Part shown: positions 1 through 11,016 of the stretch, piece by piece
Layout of the letters: each line of letters starts with the position of its first letter
Numbering within the stretch: position 1 is the first letter of the stretch
Assembly: GCA_951406725.2 (NCBI GenBank)
Contig: OX597819.1
Location: 31,682,001-31,746,000, forward strand
Origin: Octopus vulgaris
Taxonomy: Eukaryota
Direction of reading: 5' to 3'
Length of the DNA: 64,000 nucleotides
The notes under the pieces: generated by a model
Databases searched by the model: none
What the model saw: the letters and a program-made list of their open reading frames with translations, nothing else
Told to the model about the DNA's origin: nothing
Translations under genes and position numbers: made by a program

Positions 1-175
1 GTATGTGTGCTTGTTTGACCTTGTCTGTATGAATGTGTGTGCAGGTATGTGTGTGTATGTAAGTGTGTGTATGAGCATATGTGCACTTGTTTGTGAGTGT
101 GTATGTGTGTGGTGTATGTGTATATGTGTGCATGTGTGTCTCTGTGTGTACGGTTATGTGAGAGTGTATAAATCA
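1..175. repeat. Degenerate (GT)n/(GTAT)n microsatellite
   Basis: Direct: TG-rich low-complexity sequence. Confidence 0.8.
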
Positions 176-311
176 TCAGTAACTTAGAATCTCTCAAGCG
201 TGACGCTGATTTCTTCATTGTTGCTGTTATTGTTTAATCCTACGCAATCTCGAACAAAGCAGATAATAATTTCTACTCTTCTTTCAAGCATTACGTATCC
301 AGGCCTTCATC

Positions 312-739
312 GGATCTTTTCGGTTTGAACGGCAGTTTTTAACATAATTTCTAGATAATTAAAAAATTTTGAACTTCGTATACTGGTAGAATGTGTTTAT
401 AAAACATCTTTTTCTCCTGGCTTTATTGAGAAAATTCTATAGTTTGTAAGATATTTGTTGATTTTTTTCTTCAATTTCTGGTATTTCAACCAATCACTGA
501 CGTCTATTGAGGTAAAAAAAAAACATTCTGTGCCGTATGAATGTGTCCCTCGTTTAAGAAACAGATTGGGTTTATTTACATTTCTGAAGAAAATATACCC
601 TTCCACCCACCCCTAACCCTAACTAACCTTAACCCTAAAAGAGATTGAAATGCAATAGATAGATTCTAGGGTCATAATTATGGGTGACAATTTCATATGA
701 CACCGCTAGAAAAAGCTACCGTTCAAACCGAAAAGATCC
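312..739 (+). mobile_element. TIR MITE (GGATCTTTTCGG family) with internal (CCCTAA)n-like tract, copy 1
   Basis: Left end GGATCTTTTCGGTTTGAACGGCAG, right end CTACCGTTCAAACCGAAAAGATCC; homologous to 9501, 10113 and 54092; CCCTAACCCTAACTAACCTTAACCCTAA at about 610-638. No clear TSD for this copy. Confidence 0.9.
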
Positions 740-1329
740 CAGGTAGCTACAACTGGAATGACTTCGATCTTAGGTTTGTTTGACCAAAGCTATTTCTGCA
801 GGTAAATAACAACAATCAGATTTTATCAGGGATACACAGTCTACCAAGAAAAACTTGGTGAGTGACAACCAAAATTACTCTGACGTTGAATGCATTCCAC
901 AAATTCTGTCTGCACAAAATATTCAAGATCATTTACAGGGGCAGAATCATGAACAAAATCTATTTATTTATTTATAACAATTGAATACAAAGAAGCTGGA
1001 AATAAAAAGAGATAAGAAAGGAAAAGAAAGGAAAGAAAAAGGGCTACATTCCCTAGAACAAATGGTGTTCTTTGCTGCAGCCCGCGAGAATGACCGCAAT
1101 GACGTTGCCGCGGGAAAAGTGGCCAGCGACACGCGTCGTAGCATCCACTCCATCTCACGGGGTTCATTGCTCCTACGGGCCGTCGTTATCCCTATTCTGT
1201 GAAGCAGATCGGTTGTACGGAGTCCCAGAACACCTGATGTCTCGACGGTGACCGCCACAAACTGATAGCGGCTGGTCAGGCCCCTGTATTTATTGCTTTT
1301 TTTTTTCTCTTCTCTGCGTCACGGGCGGC

Positions 1330-1690
1330 GACACCCCGGGTTTGCAGTCGATGCTGCAAACTCTGAAGTCTTCAGAGGAGCCAGTTTGCTCAGCCTGCAG
1401 GAGATTGTGGCAGAAAGAAGAGTGAGACTAGGAGCTCAGGCTTTTCGACTGCCAGAAAAGCGAACACTGAAGACACCTATGCAATGGATACTGCAAGAAA
1501 AGCGAAGAAAGAGACGGAGAGTTAAGAAGATACTGAGATCTAAGAAGATCTGAAGCAACTTAGAAACATTTGGGAAGATGCAAACGACTCTGCTCAAAAC
1601 CGGAATTACTGGAGACATCATGTTTCCCAACGAACAGGCCAACTGTACGGGAGAAACCAAGGCTATGACTTAGTGAATAGGTTATCTATC
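1330..1690 (+). mobile_element. Degenerate RTE-clade LINE, ORF2 C-terminal fragment
   Basis: SLQEIVAERRVRLGAQAFRLPEKRTLKTPMQW..KRRKRR, then in another frame IWEDANDSAQNRNYWR. These resemble the RRLRWAGHVxRM..PK..W..GKRxRGRP and WExxAQDRxxWR motifs at the end of RTE ORF2. Confidence 0.55.
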
Positions 1691-2579
1691 TGTAAAGTAA
1701 AGAATATTTTATATCTTTGAAATTACGAAATTAATCCAATTAAATTGTTTGATTTCTGTGCCAATAAGTTGAGCAAAACCCTTGCAAGGACCCCCGACCA
1801 GGATCCGGGGCAGTACCTATGGCCTGCTCACAGCCTGGTCGGTGGCGAAGAAGAATAGGCTTAGCGCTGAAATATGTAAATTTTATATTTATACATTAAT
1901 ATTGTTATCATTTTTTGTAAGAGGTTCATTGCCTCATGTAATGATTTGTTAAAGAACAATGTTATAGAGAAGCAGAGGGTCGGCGGGCGCTTTCTGTCTT
2001 CTCCCATCCTTATCATCCTGTACTATTATCATTCGCCTCATCAATGTCTTGTCCAGCCCGCAAAGCTTCCCATCTTTGTACTGCCTCTATGGCAAATTTG
2101 ATAAAATAAAGCAGCTTTCTGAATATGGCAGGCAGAAAAATCCTTCGATTGTTTTTCTGATCAACAGGTAGAATCGTTACTGCGCTGGATTAAATGCTTA
2201 GCAGCTTTTCTTCCGACTCTTTACGTTCTGAGTTCAAATGCTAGCGAAGTCGACTTTACTGTTCATCCTTTCATAATCGATAAAATAAGTACCTCATAAT
2301 CCCTGAGGTCTATGTAACCGCCCCTCTCCCACCTCAAATATTGCTATCCTGCTAAAATTAGGAAGAGTATCAGTACTCTCCCGGTCTTGTTTAACATCAC
2401 CAACTTCCAATGATTTCAATATCAACTGGTGGTAACATTTGATCTATCTACTCCATTTGGTTTTCACCCTTCTGCTGGTATCCGGTCAAAGAGACCTAAT
2501 TGCGACCAATAGCTGCTTTTCATCGGTGAAGCATCTATTGATATATTAAGAATGTGTCAGTCACGCTGGCAATCTCACA

Positions 2580-2604
2580 CTCTCTCTCTCTCTCTCTCTC
2601 TCAC

Positions 2605-2671
<67 letters not shown>

Positions 2672-2672
2672 G

Positions 2673-2764
<92 letters not shown>
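2580..2764. repeat. Compound (CT)n-(CTGT)n-(CTAT)n microsatellite
   Basis: Direct. Confidence 0.95.
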
Positions 2765-2765
<1 letters not shown>

Positions 2766-3573
2766 GCGGTCAGAGCGACGAAACCGTTCTGCACGCACTC
2801 GTGCAGTGTCCAACAATTTCCGACCTGTGGGCTTATGTCGAACAACTGCTGTCACGTGTGGGACGAGTCGGTTTATCAGCTGAGTCTATCGTCAATATTG
2901 TCACGCCTCCTTCCTTCAAACGGGAAGGAAGAGCTATTTTCATCATCCTTGTGGCTATGGCGAAAGAATGTATCTGGTGGACGCGTCTGAAACGATTGGA
3001 GACAAACACTTTCCTCTCTGGTCAATCTCTCATCAACTTCTTCAAGTATCACTCGAAAAGGAAAGTGAGAGTAGAGAGGCAAGTTTTGTCTAGCGAATGT
3101 TTTAAAAAAAGATGGGTGAATGTAGCAAGGATGGCACGTATGAATGACGAAGCCACCTTGAGTATAATCCTATGAACCCAGAAATTGAAAACAGAGGGTT
3201 ACCCACTTGCAAACAAATGTGGTAACATATAACAATATTGACCGAGGTTACCGTGGTCTTTTTCGTAGGCTTTTCTTCCCACGGATAAACCTTATCTGCT
3301 TCCCCCTTTACACCGTACATCATGACACTGTGATACACGATCCCTATTGATCGTTTTTTTCCTCTTCCCCTTTTTACCTCTTTTTTCTTCTTTTTTCATT
3401 TTTCTTTTCTTTTGTATCTTTTCCTTTTTTTCTTTTTTTTTCTTTTTTCCCTTTTACGATCCCTTTTGATCGAAAACCTACGCCACTTTTTTTTTCTTTC
3501 ATCCCCCAAAAGAAAAGCTCTACCTTGTAACTTGTCCCATCTGTGTGCAGCCCTGTGTGGCTAATAAAGAAAC

Positions 3574-3574
<1 letters not shown>
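2765..3574 (+). mobile_element. 5'-truncated L1/Tx1-like LINE (ORF2 C-terminal zinc finger plus 3' UTR) inside (TATC)n, copy 1
   Basis: CGQSDETVLHALVQCPTISDLW matches the C..ETxxHxxxxC..W C-terminal motif of L1/Tx1 ORF2; stop at 3175; pyrimidine-rich UTR; ends AATAAAGAAACT; (TATC)n on both sides. Confidence 0.85.
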
Positions 3575-3608
<34 letters not shown>

Positions 3609-3832
3609 CCTCTCTGTTTTCCTGCCTATTTAATATACATACACACATACATATTATACACACATACATACATCCATACATCCATACATTACATACACTA
3701 GCAAATCTACCTACCCATCTACGATGGAGGCATAAAATGAGGGAGGAAAGTCATAACAGCAGTATGTATTGAGAAATGTGTAAATAGACTTGATAGATTA
3801 CTGGGTGATGTCTTAGGGAAATCACATTGGAC

Positions 3833-4242
3833 TGGAAGCACTCCGTCGGTTACGACGACGAGGGTTCCGGTTGATCCGATCAACGGAACAGCCTGCTCGT
3901 GAAATTAACGTGCAAGTGGCTGAGCACTCCACAGACATGTGTACCCCTAACGTAGTTCTCGGGGATATTCAGCGTGACACAGAGAGTGACAAGGCCGGCC
4001 CTTTGAAATACAGGTACAACAGAAACAGGAAGTAAGAACGAGAGAAAGTTGTGGTGAAAGAGTACAGCAGGGTTCACCACCATCCCCTGCAGGAGCCTCG
4101 TGGAGCTTTAGGTGTTTTCGCTCAATAAACACTCACAACACCCGGTCTGGGAATCGAAACCGCGATCCTACGACCGCGATCCTACGACCGCGATCCTACG
4201 ACCGCGAGTCCGCTGCCCTAACCACTGGGCCATTGCGCCTCC
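3833..4242 (-). mobile_element. tRNA-headed SINE, family A (tRNA-Arg-like head; possibly octopus OR type)
   Basis: Reverse complement of the 4434 and 7624 copies; contains a 14-bp unit (ACCGCGATCCTACG) triplicated at 4159-4200. Confidence 0.85.
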
Positions 4243-4433
4243 ACAAAGAAATCACATTATTGTTGGTGATACAGCATTCTATTGCAGTTGTATGACATGT
4301 GTTTGCGACTAAGTGACATGCGATGACGATTCACTTTCAAACTGAAACAGACTCTCAGTCTCTGTATCATGAATGGTTATGTGGACCACTCCTAACGAAA
4401 GTTAGAGCTTCCTTCGACCACTACATAAAAAGT

Positions 4434-4815
4434 GGGAGGCGCAATGGCCCAGTGGTTAGGGCAGCGAACTCGCGGTCATAGGATCGCGGTTTCGATTCCC
4501 AGACCGGGCGTTGTGAGTGTTTATTGAGCGAAAACACCTAAAAGCTCCACGTGGCTCCGGCAGGGGTGGTGGTGATCCCTGCTGTACTCTTTCACCACAA
4601 TTTCTCTCACTCTTACTTCCTGTTTCTGTTGTACCTGTATTTCAAAGGGCCGGCCTTGTCACTCTCTGTGTCACGCTGAATATCCCGAGAACTACGTTAA
4701 GGGTCACGTGTCTGTGGAGTGCTCAGCCACTTACGCGTTAATTTCACGAGCAGGCTGTTCCGTTGATTCGGATCAACCGGAACCCTCATCGTCGTAACCG
4801 ACGGAGTGCTTCCAC
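4434..4815 (+). mobile_element. tRNA-headed SINE, family A
   Basis: A-box-like TGGCCCAGTGG and B-box-like GGTTTCGATTCCC; multi-copy in this window. Confidence 0.85.
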
Positions 4816-5019
4816 ATAAAAAGTACTTTAAAAAATGTTTTTAGATATACTTTCATTTTAGTTGTTAACGCTATTTTATGCTTGTTGATACTCTTATACA
4901 TTCAAAGTTCACAAATTTCCTTACTTAAATTATGAATCATATTCCTTTCAATATGATTACAAAACTTCTTTGTAGACGATATTTTCTGTTGGGTTGACTC
5001 TAATTTTCAAATTACTGGA

Positions 5020-5485
5020 GCTCGGTTGCTCTACTCATAGCGACGTATAACTTGGCCGTGTGTGAACATAAGGGTGGGTAAAAATACACCTACACGATCT
5101 AAAGTCTGGCCTTGTGCCTTCTTTGCAGTGAATGCGCGAGCGAAATCTTTAGGAATCTGCCCATCTACGATGGGAAAAAAAAGGGATAGTACCACAAACC
5201 TGAACCCTCCAAATTCACGAACTATATAGGGTGAGTGGGAGAATCCAGAGTTAATTCTCGTCGCTGGAATTTTAACAAGAGAAAAAAAAATATCAAGGGT
5301 GGTTTATTAATACAAAACTCAATATCCACTAAATAATTATACTTTTTCTCATTTTTATTTTCGCTAAAAACCTTCCTGATTACCTCCTTCGTAATTCCGA
5401 AAAGCATCGTGACCATTGGTCCAGCCGTTTGACCGCAAAGAGGGCACAGACAGACAGATGGACATAACGCCCATTATAATATGAT
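5020..5485 (-). mobile_element. Probable non-autonomous Helitron-like fragment
   Basis: The - strand begins TCATATTATAATGGGCG..(TCTG)n..AACGGCTGGACCAAT, the layout of animal Helitron-N 5' ends. The 3' end was not verified. Confidence 0.4.
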
Positions 5486-5709
5486 ACATACATACGTACA
5501 TGTATGTATGTATGTATGCATGTATGTATGTATGTGTTTTCTATCGATCTACCTCTATTGCTACCTTCTTACCTACCAACCTACCTACCTACATACATAC
5601 CTACTCACCTACTCACCTACCTACCTACCTACCTACCTACCTACCTACCTACCTACCTACCTACCAACCTACCTACCTATCTCTCTCACTCACTCTCTCT
5701 CTCTCCTTG

Positions 5710-5782
<73 letters not shown>
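5485..5782. repeat. (TATG)n-(CCTA)n-(TA)n microsatellites
   Basis: Direct. Confidence 0.9.
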
Positions 5783-5784
<2 letters not shown>

Positions 5785-6019
5785 TTCACCGTAATATGTT
5801 TTCTGGAACGTTCCTGAATTGAGTAAATGGTTTTCAGAATTACAAGTTCCGAAAGTTTCGTACTTGTCAGTATTGGATCCTATATTGATTGCTTTTTCCC
5901 ACAAGAATTCTTCCACATTATCAAAGACATTTCCTTCTTAATATTGCCAAAGCATCTTTACAATCAATAAAACTCAACTATCGATTCATATGGATTTTGT
6001 AAACTTGCCCTTCTTCCAA

Positions 6020-6020
<1 letters not shown>

Positions 6021-6107
<87 letters not shown>

Positions 6108-6329
6108 GTCTGTCAGTCTGTCTGCCTGCCTGTCTGTCTGTCTGTCTGTCTGTCTGCCTGTCTGTCTGTCTGCCTACCTGTCTGTCTGTCTGCCTACTTG
6201 CCTGCACGTCTGTCTGTCTGTCAGTCTGCTTGTCTGTCGGTCCGTCCGCCTGTCCGTCCGTCCATCTGTCCGTCTGACAGTCAATCAGGCTGGTTCTCTC
6301 TCTCTTTCTCTCTCTCTCTCTTTTTCTCA

Positions 6330-6378
<49 letters not shown>

Positions 6379-6418
6379 CATCCATCCATCAATCCATCCA
6401 TCCATCCATCTATCTATC
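6021..6418. repeat. (TCTA)n-(TCTG)n-(CT)n-(TCCA)n microsatellites
   Basis: Direct. Confidence 0.9.
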
Positions 6419-7118
6419 GTTAATATCGTCACGCCTGCTCCCTTCAAACGGGACGGAAGAGCTATTTTCATCATCCTTGTGGCTATGGCGAAAGAACGTA
6501 TCTGGTGGACGCGTCTGAAACGATTGGAGACAAACACTTTCCTCTCTGGTCAACCTCTCATCGACTTCTTCAAGTACCACTTGAAAAGGAAAGTGAGAGT
6601 AGAGAGGCAAGTTTTGTCTAGCGATCGTTTTAAAAAAAGATGGGTGAATGTAGCAAGGATGGCACGTATGAATGACGAAGCCACCTTGAGCATTATCCTA
6701 TGAACCCAGAAATTGAAAACAGAGGGTTACCCACTTGCAAACAAATGTGGTAACATATAACAATATTGACTAAGGTTACCGTGGTCTTTTTCGTAGGCTT
6801 TTCTTCCCACGGATAAACCTTACTTGCTTTCCCTTTTACACCATACATCATGACACTGTGATACACGATCCCTATTGATCGTTTTTTTCCTCTTCCCCTT
6901 TTTCCCTATTTTCTCTTCTGTTTTCATTTTTCTTTTCTTTTGGTCCTTTTCCCTTTTTTCCGTTTTTTTTCTTTTTTTCTTTTTTTGTTCTTTTTTCCCT
7001 TTTATGATCCCTTTTGATCGAAAACCTACGCCATCTTTTTTTTCCTCCCCCAAAAGAAAAGCTCTACCTTGTAACTTGTCCCAACTGTGTGCAGCCCTGT
7101 GTGGCCAATAAAGAAACT
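6413..7118 (+). mobile_element. 5'-truncated L1/Tx1-like LINE, copy 2
   Basis: Highly similar to 2886-3574 (MAKERIWWTRLKRLETNTF..ATLSIIL*); same 3' end followed by TATCTAGCTAG; 5' junction lies in TATCTATC. Confidence 0.85.
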
Positions 7119-7623
7119 TATCTAGCTAGCTAGCTAGCTATCGAACCATATAGGCCAAATTGACATCCATACGTGAGTGTTTCTGTCTGTCAGTCCGTCT
7201 GTCTGTCTGCCTCTCTCTTTCTCTTTCTCTCTCTCTCTCTTTCTCATTCCCTCTCTCTCTCCTTCTCCACCCTACCCTGTCTTTAACTATATAATCTTGT
7301 TTATGGACAACTTCATCCAACAGGGGCAGCAAAATGATTATGAGTCGGGTATCGGGGTCGATTTTATCTTGTTTTCTTTTCCAGGATTTCTCTTCTCCTG
7401 TCTATATTACATGCATATTACATGCATATTATATTTAATTATTGATATGATTAAATCCCAGAAAGCTGGATGAAATACTATTTATGTTATGAATTCAAAC
7501 TCACTCGGAATCAAAGTATCTTCATTGAAGGGCTTGGCCAAGACACGGAGATTCTCGCCCCATCACGGCTTACAAACATACCCATACCCAAACTTGCTCA
7601 CTTATTTTTGTACACCCAGTCCG

Positions 7624-8005
7624 TGGAGGCGCAATGGCCCAGTGGTTAGGGCAGCGGACTCGCGGTCGTAGGATCGCGGTTTCGATTCCCAGACCGGGCA
7701 TTGTGAGAGTTTATTGAGCGAAAACACCTAAAGCTTCACGAGGCTCCTGCAGGGGGTGGTGGTGAAACCCTGCTGTACTCTTTCACCACAACTTTCTCTC
7801 ACTCTTACTTCCTGTTTCTGTTGTACCTGTATTTCAAAGGGCCAGCCTTGTTACACTCTGTGTCACGCTGAATCTCCTCGAGAACTACGTTAAGGGTACA
7901 CGTGTCTGTGGAGTGCTCAGCCACTTGCACGTTAATTCCACGAGCAAGCTGTTCCGTTGATCGTATCAGCTGGGTCCCTCATCGTCGTAATCGACGGAGT
8001 ACTCC
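7624..8005 (+). mobile_element. tRNA-headed SINE, family A
   Basis: Homologous to 4434-4815. Confidence 0.85.
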
Positions 8006-8174
8006 TAACACCCAGTCCTCCATTAGTTTCCTTGCACTCTGCTTAATAAAACTTCCTTACTGTCTACCGTTCGCTTCAGAAAATGATCTTTTGACTCTCA
8101 AAACAACTCTCATTTCCCACCATCTTATGAAAATTAATTTTTTACAAACGGCCTTGTTAATATTAACAAGATAT

Positions 8175-8385
8175 AAGGCCGCGAGCTGGCAGAATCGTTA
8201 GCACGCCAGGCAATATGCTCAGCAGTATTTCGTCCGTCTTTACGTTCTGAGTTCAAATTCTGCCGAGGTTGACTTCCCCTTTCGGGATCGATAAAATAAA
8301 TATCAGTTGAGCACTGGGATCAATGTAATCGACTTACCCTTCCCATGAAGTTGCTGGCCTTGTGCCAAAATTTGAAACCAATATT
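8175..8385 (+). mobile_element. SINE family C (Meta-domain-like core), GGCCTTGTGCCAAAATTTGAAACC-tail variant
   Basis: GGCCGCGAGCTGGCAGAA head, GAGTTCAAATTC B-box, TTTCGGGATCGATAAA core. Confidence 0.75.
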
Positions 8386-9002
8386 AGCAAGCTATTTTAA
8401 AATATGGCTATTTTTAGGTACTTACTTGATCGACTAAATCCTATTCCTCGTTGTCGTTTTATGCCAGTTCACTTATGACTCAGCGCCATCTATAATCATA
8501 AGTGTCGAAGCAATAATTACCAGGGGTTCGTTGTCCTTCATTACTGAAGAAGGTAATGAATATTGGGAGGATAATTTGGTTGCTGTTTCTGTAGGCCGGG
8601 CGACAAGAAGAGGTTTGCCCTTTGAGTCAACCCTCTCTTCGTACATTTATTTAAAAAATCCAGTAGATATATCTGCCTGTGTAAAATAAGAACTTCTACA
8701 TATTGTTACAGGTGACACGAAGTCTTTGGGAACTGTTAACACTGTGTAACAAGATTTTATTTATTTATGTATTGTCTTTGGTCAGTGTTATTTCCTATTT
8801 GTTTCTATCTTGAAATCAAAGGAAATTAATACTATTCATTTCAGACTCTGCTTTTGTGACCTGAACCTCAATGTTTTGAAACTAACCTATTTTCCGTTAG
8901 ATATCAGTCAGCTACAGCGCTGGGTTGCTGAAGCAGAAACATCATTAGAAGAAATATTCTGCTCAGTACCACAGAGTTGCTTGTCAGTTGCTTGATCTGA
9001 AC

Positions 9003-9225
9003 CTATTTCTTTACTACCCACAAGGGGCTAAACACAGAGGGGACAAACAAGGACAGACATAGGTGTTAAGTCGATTACATAGACCCCAGTGCGTAACTGG
9101 TACTTAATTTATCGACCCCGAAAGGATGAAAGGCAAAGTCGACCTCGGCGGAATTTGAACCCAGAACGTAACGGCAGACGAAATACGGCTACGAATTTCG
9201 CCCGGCGTGCTAACGTTTCTGCCAG
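9003..9225 (-). mobile_element. SINE family C, Tx1-like-tail variant
   Basis: Reverse complement of the 29655 and 62064 copies; CTGAACC repeated in both flanks. Confidence 0.85.
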
Positions 9226-9500
9226 CTGAACCACTTAACCATGTCCCTTTGTGGCAGACAATATCTGCATCTCTGATGATGAGTAGGAGTAGAGGTGGTG
9301 GTGGTGGCGAGTGTGATAGCCATGTACTGAGAAGGATTTTGGATGGTTTGAATAAATGTAACAAAAGTTTGAAGGAAATATTAGCCATTTTCCACCCTCC
9401 CTATGAGTAAGCAAACAGGAAGTAACAGTTGCTACCCAAGGACAAAAATCGTGTTACACAGTTTAGTCGTTTCGATTGATCCTAAATTAGTTGTTATTTT

Positions 9501-9924
9501 GGATCTTTTCGGTTTGAACGGCAATTTTTAACATAATTTCTAGGTAACTAAAAGATTTTAAACTTCGTATACTGGTAGAATGTGTTTATAAAACATCTTT
9601 TTCTCTTGGCTTTATTGAGAAAATCCTATAGTTTGTAAGATATTTGTTGTTTTTTTTTCTTCAATTTCTGCAATTTCAACCAATCAATGACCGTCTATTG
9701 AGGTGAAAACATTCTGTGCCGTATTAATATGTCCCTCGTTTAAGAAACAGATTTGTGAAGAAAAAAAGATACCCTTCCCCCACCCCTAACCCTAACCCTA
9801 ATCCTAACTAATCCTAACCCTAAAACAGATTGAAATGCAATAGATCGATTCTAGGGTCATAATTATGGATGACAATTTCATATGACACCGCTAGAAAAAA
9901 CTACCGTTCAAACCGAAAAGATCC
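9501..9924 (+). mobile_element. TIR MITE with telomere-like tract, copy 2, perfect 8-bp TSD
   Basis: TIRs GGATCTTTTCGGTTTGAACGG / CCGTTCAAACCGAAAAGATCC; GTTATTTT at 9493-9500 and 9925-9932; (CCCTAA)n at about 9783-9823. Confidence 0.95.
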
Positions 9925-10112
9925 GTTATTTTATCTTTTCTGGAGAAATGAGTAAACAACTCGATTTATACTCGATTCCGCAGAATTTGAACTCAGAGGT
10001 TAGAGAAAGATATAAGTAAAAGTAAGTCGTGGGTTACACCGAGGGTTGCATCAACTCACTACCATCTAGTAAAATACATATTGCGAATAATATATTTTTA
10101 CGGGATGAGCAA

Positions 10113-10558
10113 GCATCTTTTCGGTTTGACAGACAGTTTTTTCTAGAGGTGTCATATGAAATTGTCACCCATAATTATGACCCTAGTATCGATGTATTGC
10201 ATTTCAATCTATTTTAGGGTTAGGGTTAGATTTAGGGTTAGTTAGGGTTAGGGTTAGGGGTGGGAGGAAGGGTATCTTTTTTTCTTCACAAATGTAAATA
10301 AACCCAATCTGTTTCTTAAACGAGGGGCATTTTATACGGCACAGAATGTTTTCACCTCAATAGACAGTCACTGATTGGTTGAAATTGCAGAAATTGAAGA
10401 AAAAACAACAACAAATATCTTACAAACTATAGAATTTTCTCAATAAAGCCAAGAGAAAAAGATGTTTTATAAACACATTCTACCAGTATACGAAGTTTAA
10501 AAGTGTTTAGTTACGTGGAAATTATTAAAAAAAACTGCCGATCAAACCGAAAAGATCC
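10113..10558 (-). mobile_element. TIR MITE with telomere-like tract, copy 3 (inverted)
   Basis: Reverse complement of copy 2; TTAGGG repeats at about 10214-10260; CAAGCAT in both flanks, left TIR eroded. Confidence 0.9.
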
Positions 10559-10735
10559 CAAGCATTTAAAAAAAAATTGAAGCATATTTGTTAGATATAT
10601 ATTTCTAAAAATCCAGAAATTTAGAAGATAATATTTCTTTTAAAAAAGAAAATATAACTTCATTTTTAAAAAATCATTTATTCATTTATTTTTGAATAAT
10701 TTTGAATAATTTTTCGAAGTTTGTTTCGTTTATTA

Positions 10736-10924
10736 TGATGTCATAGAACATTTCAAATGAGGAAACCAATTCACAGGACGAATTGATTTTAGCCACATAT
10801 ATTTGTTGATACGTAATAGATTTTTTAGGTCGAAAATAGAGAAGAATTGAAAACAATAGGCCCGTCAGACTGGTAACACGTCATAGAAATATGATCACGT
10901 GCTTAGCCATCAAATGTTATATAA
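10736..10924 (+). promoter_or_regulatory. Putative protamine promoter: CRE-like sites, E-box and TATA box
   Basis: TGATGTCA 10736-10743, CGTCA 10863-10867, ACGTCA 10878-10883, CACGTG 10896-10901 and TATATAA 10918-10924, about 95 nt before the ATG at 11017. Confidence 0.55.
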
Positions 10925-11016
10925 GGGGAGGTCTCGACCTGTCTGTATCAGTTCCGATCGCCTTGGTTTCGATAGAAGACAAAAAATATTCTTTAGTTGT
11001 CTTTCCTTCATCGGCG

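Noticed and set aside
610-640. Telomere or chromosome-fusion relic
   Set aside because: All CCCTAA tracts are short and lie inside MITE copies.
960-1280. GC-richer segment with short ORFs and a - strand AATAAA end (also 1780-2115)
   Set aside because: Probably retroelement 3' remnants, but no diagnostic motif was recognised.
4434-4510. tRNA-like sequences (also 7624, 25237, 52349, 60035)
   Set aside because: They are SINE heads that run into SINE bodies; no complete cloverleaf with a terminator could be supported.
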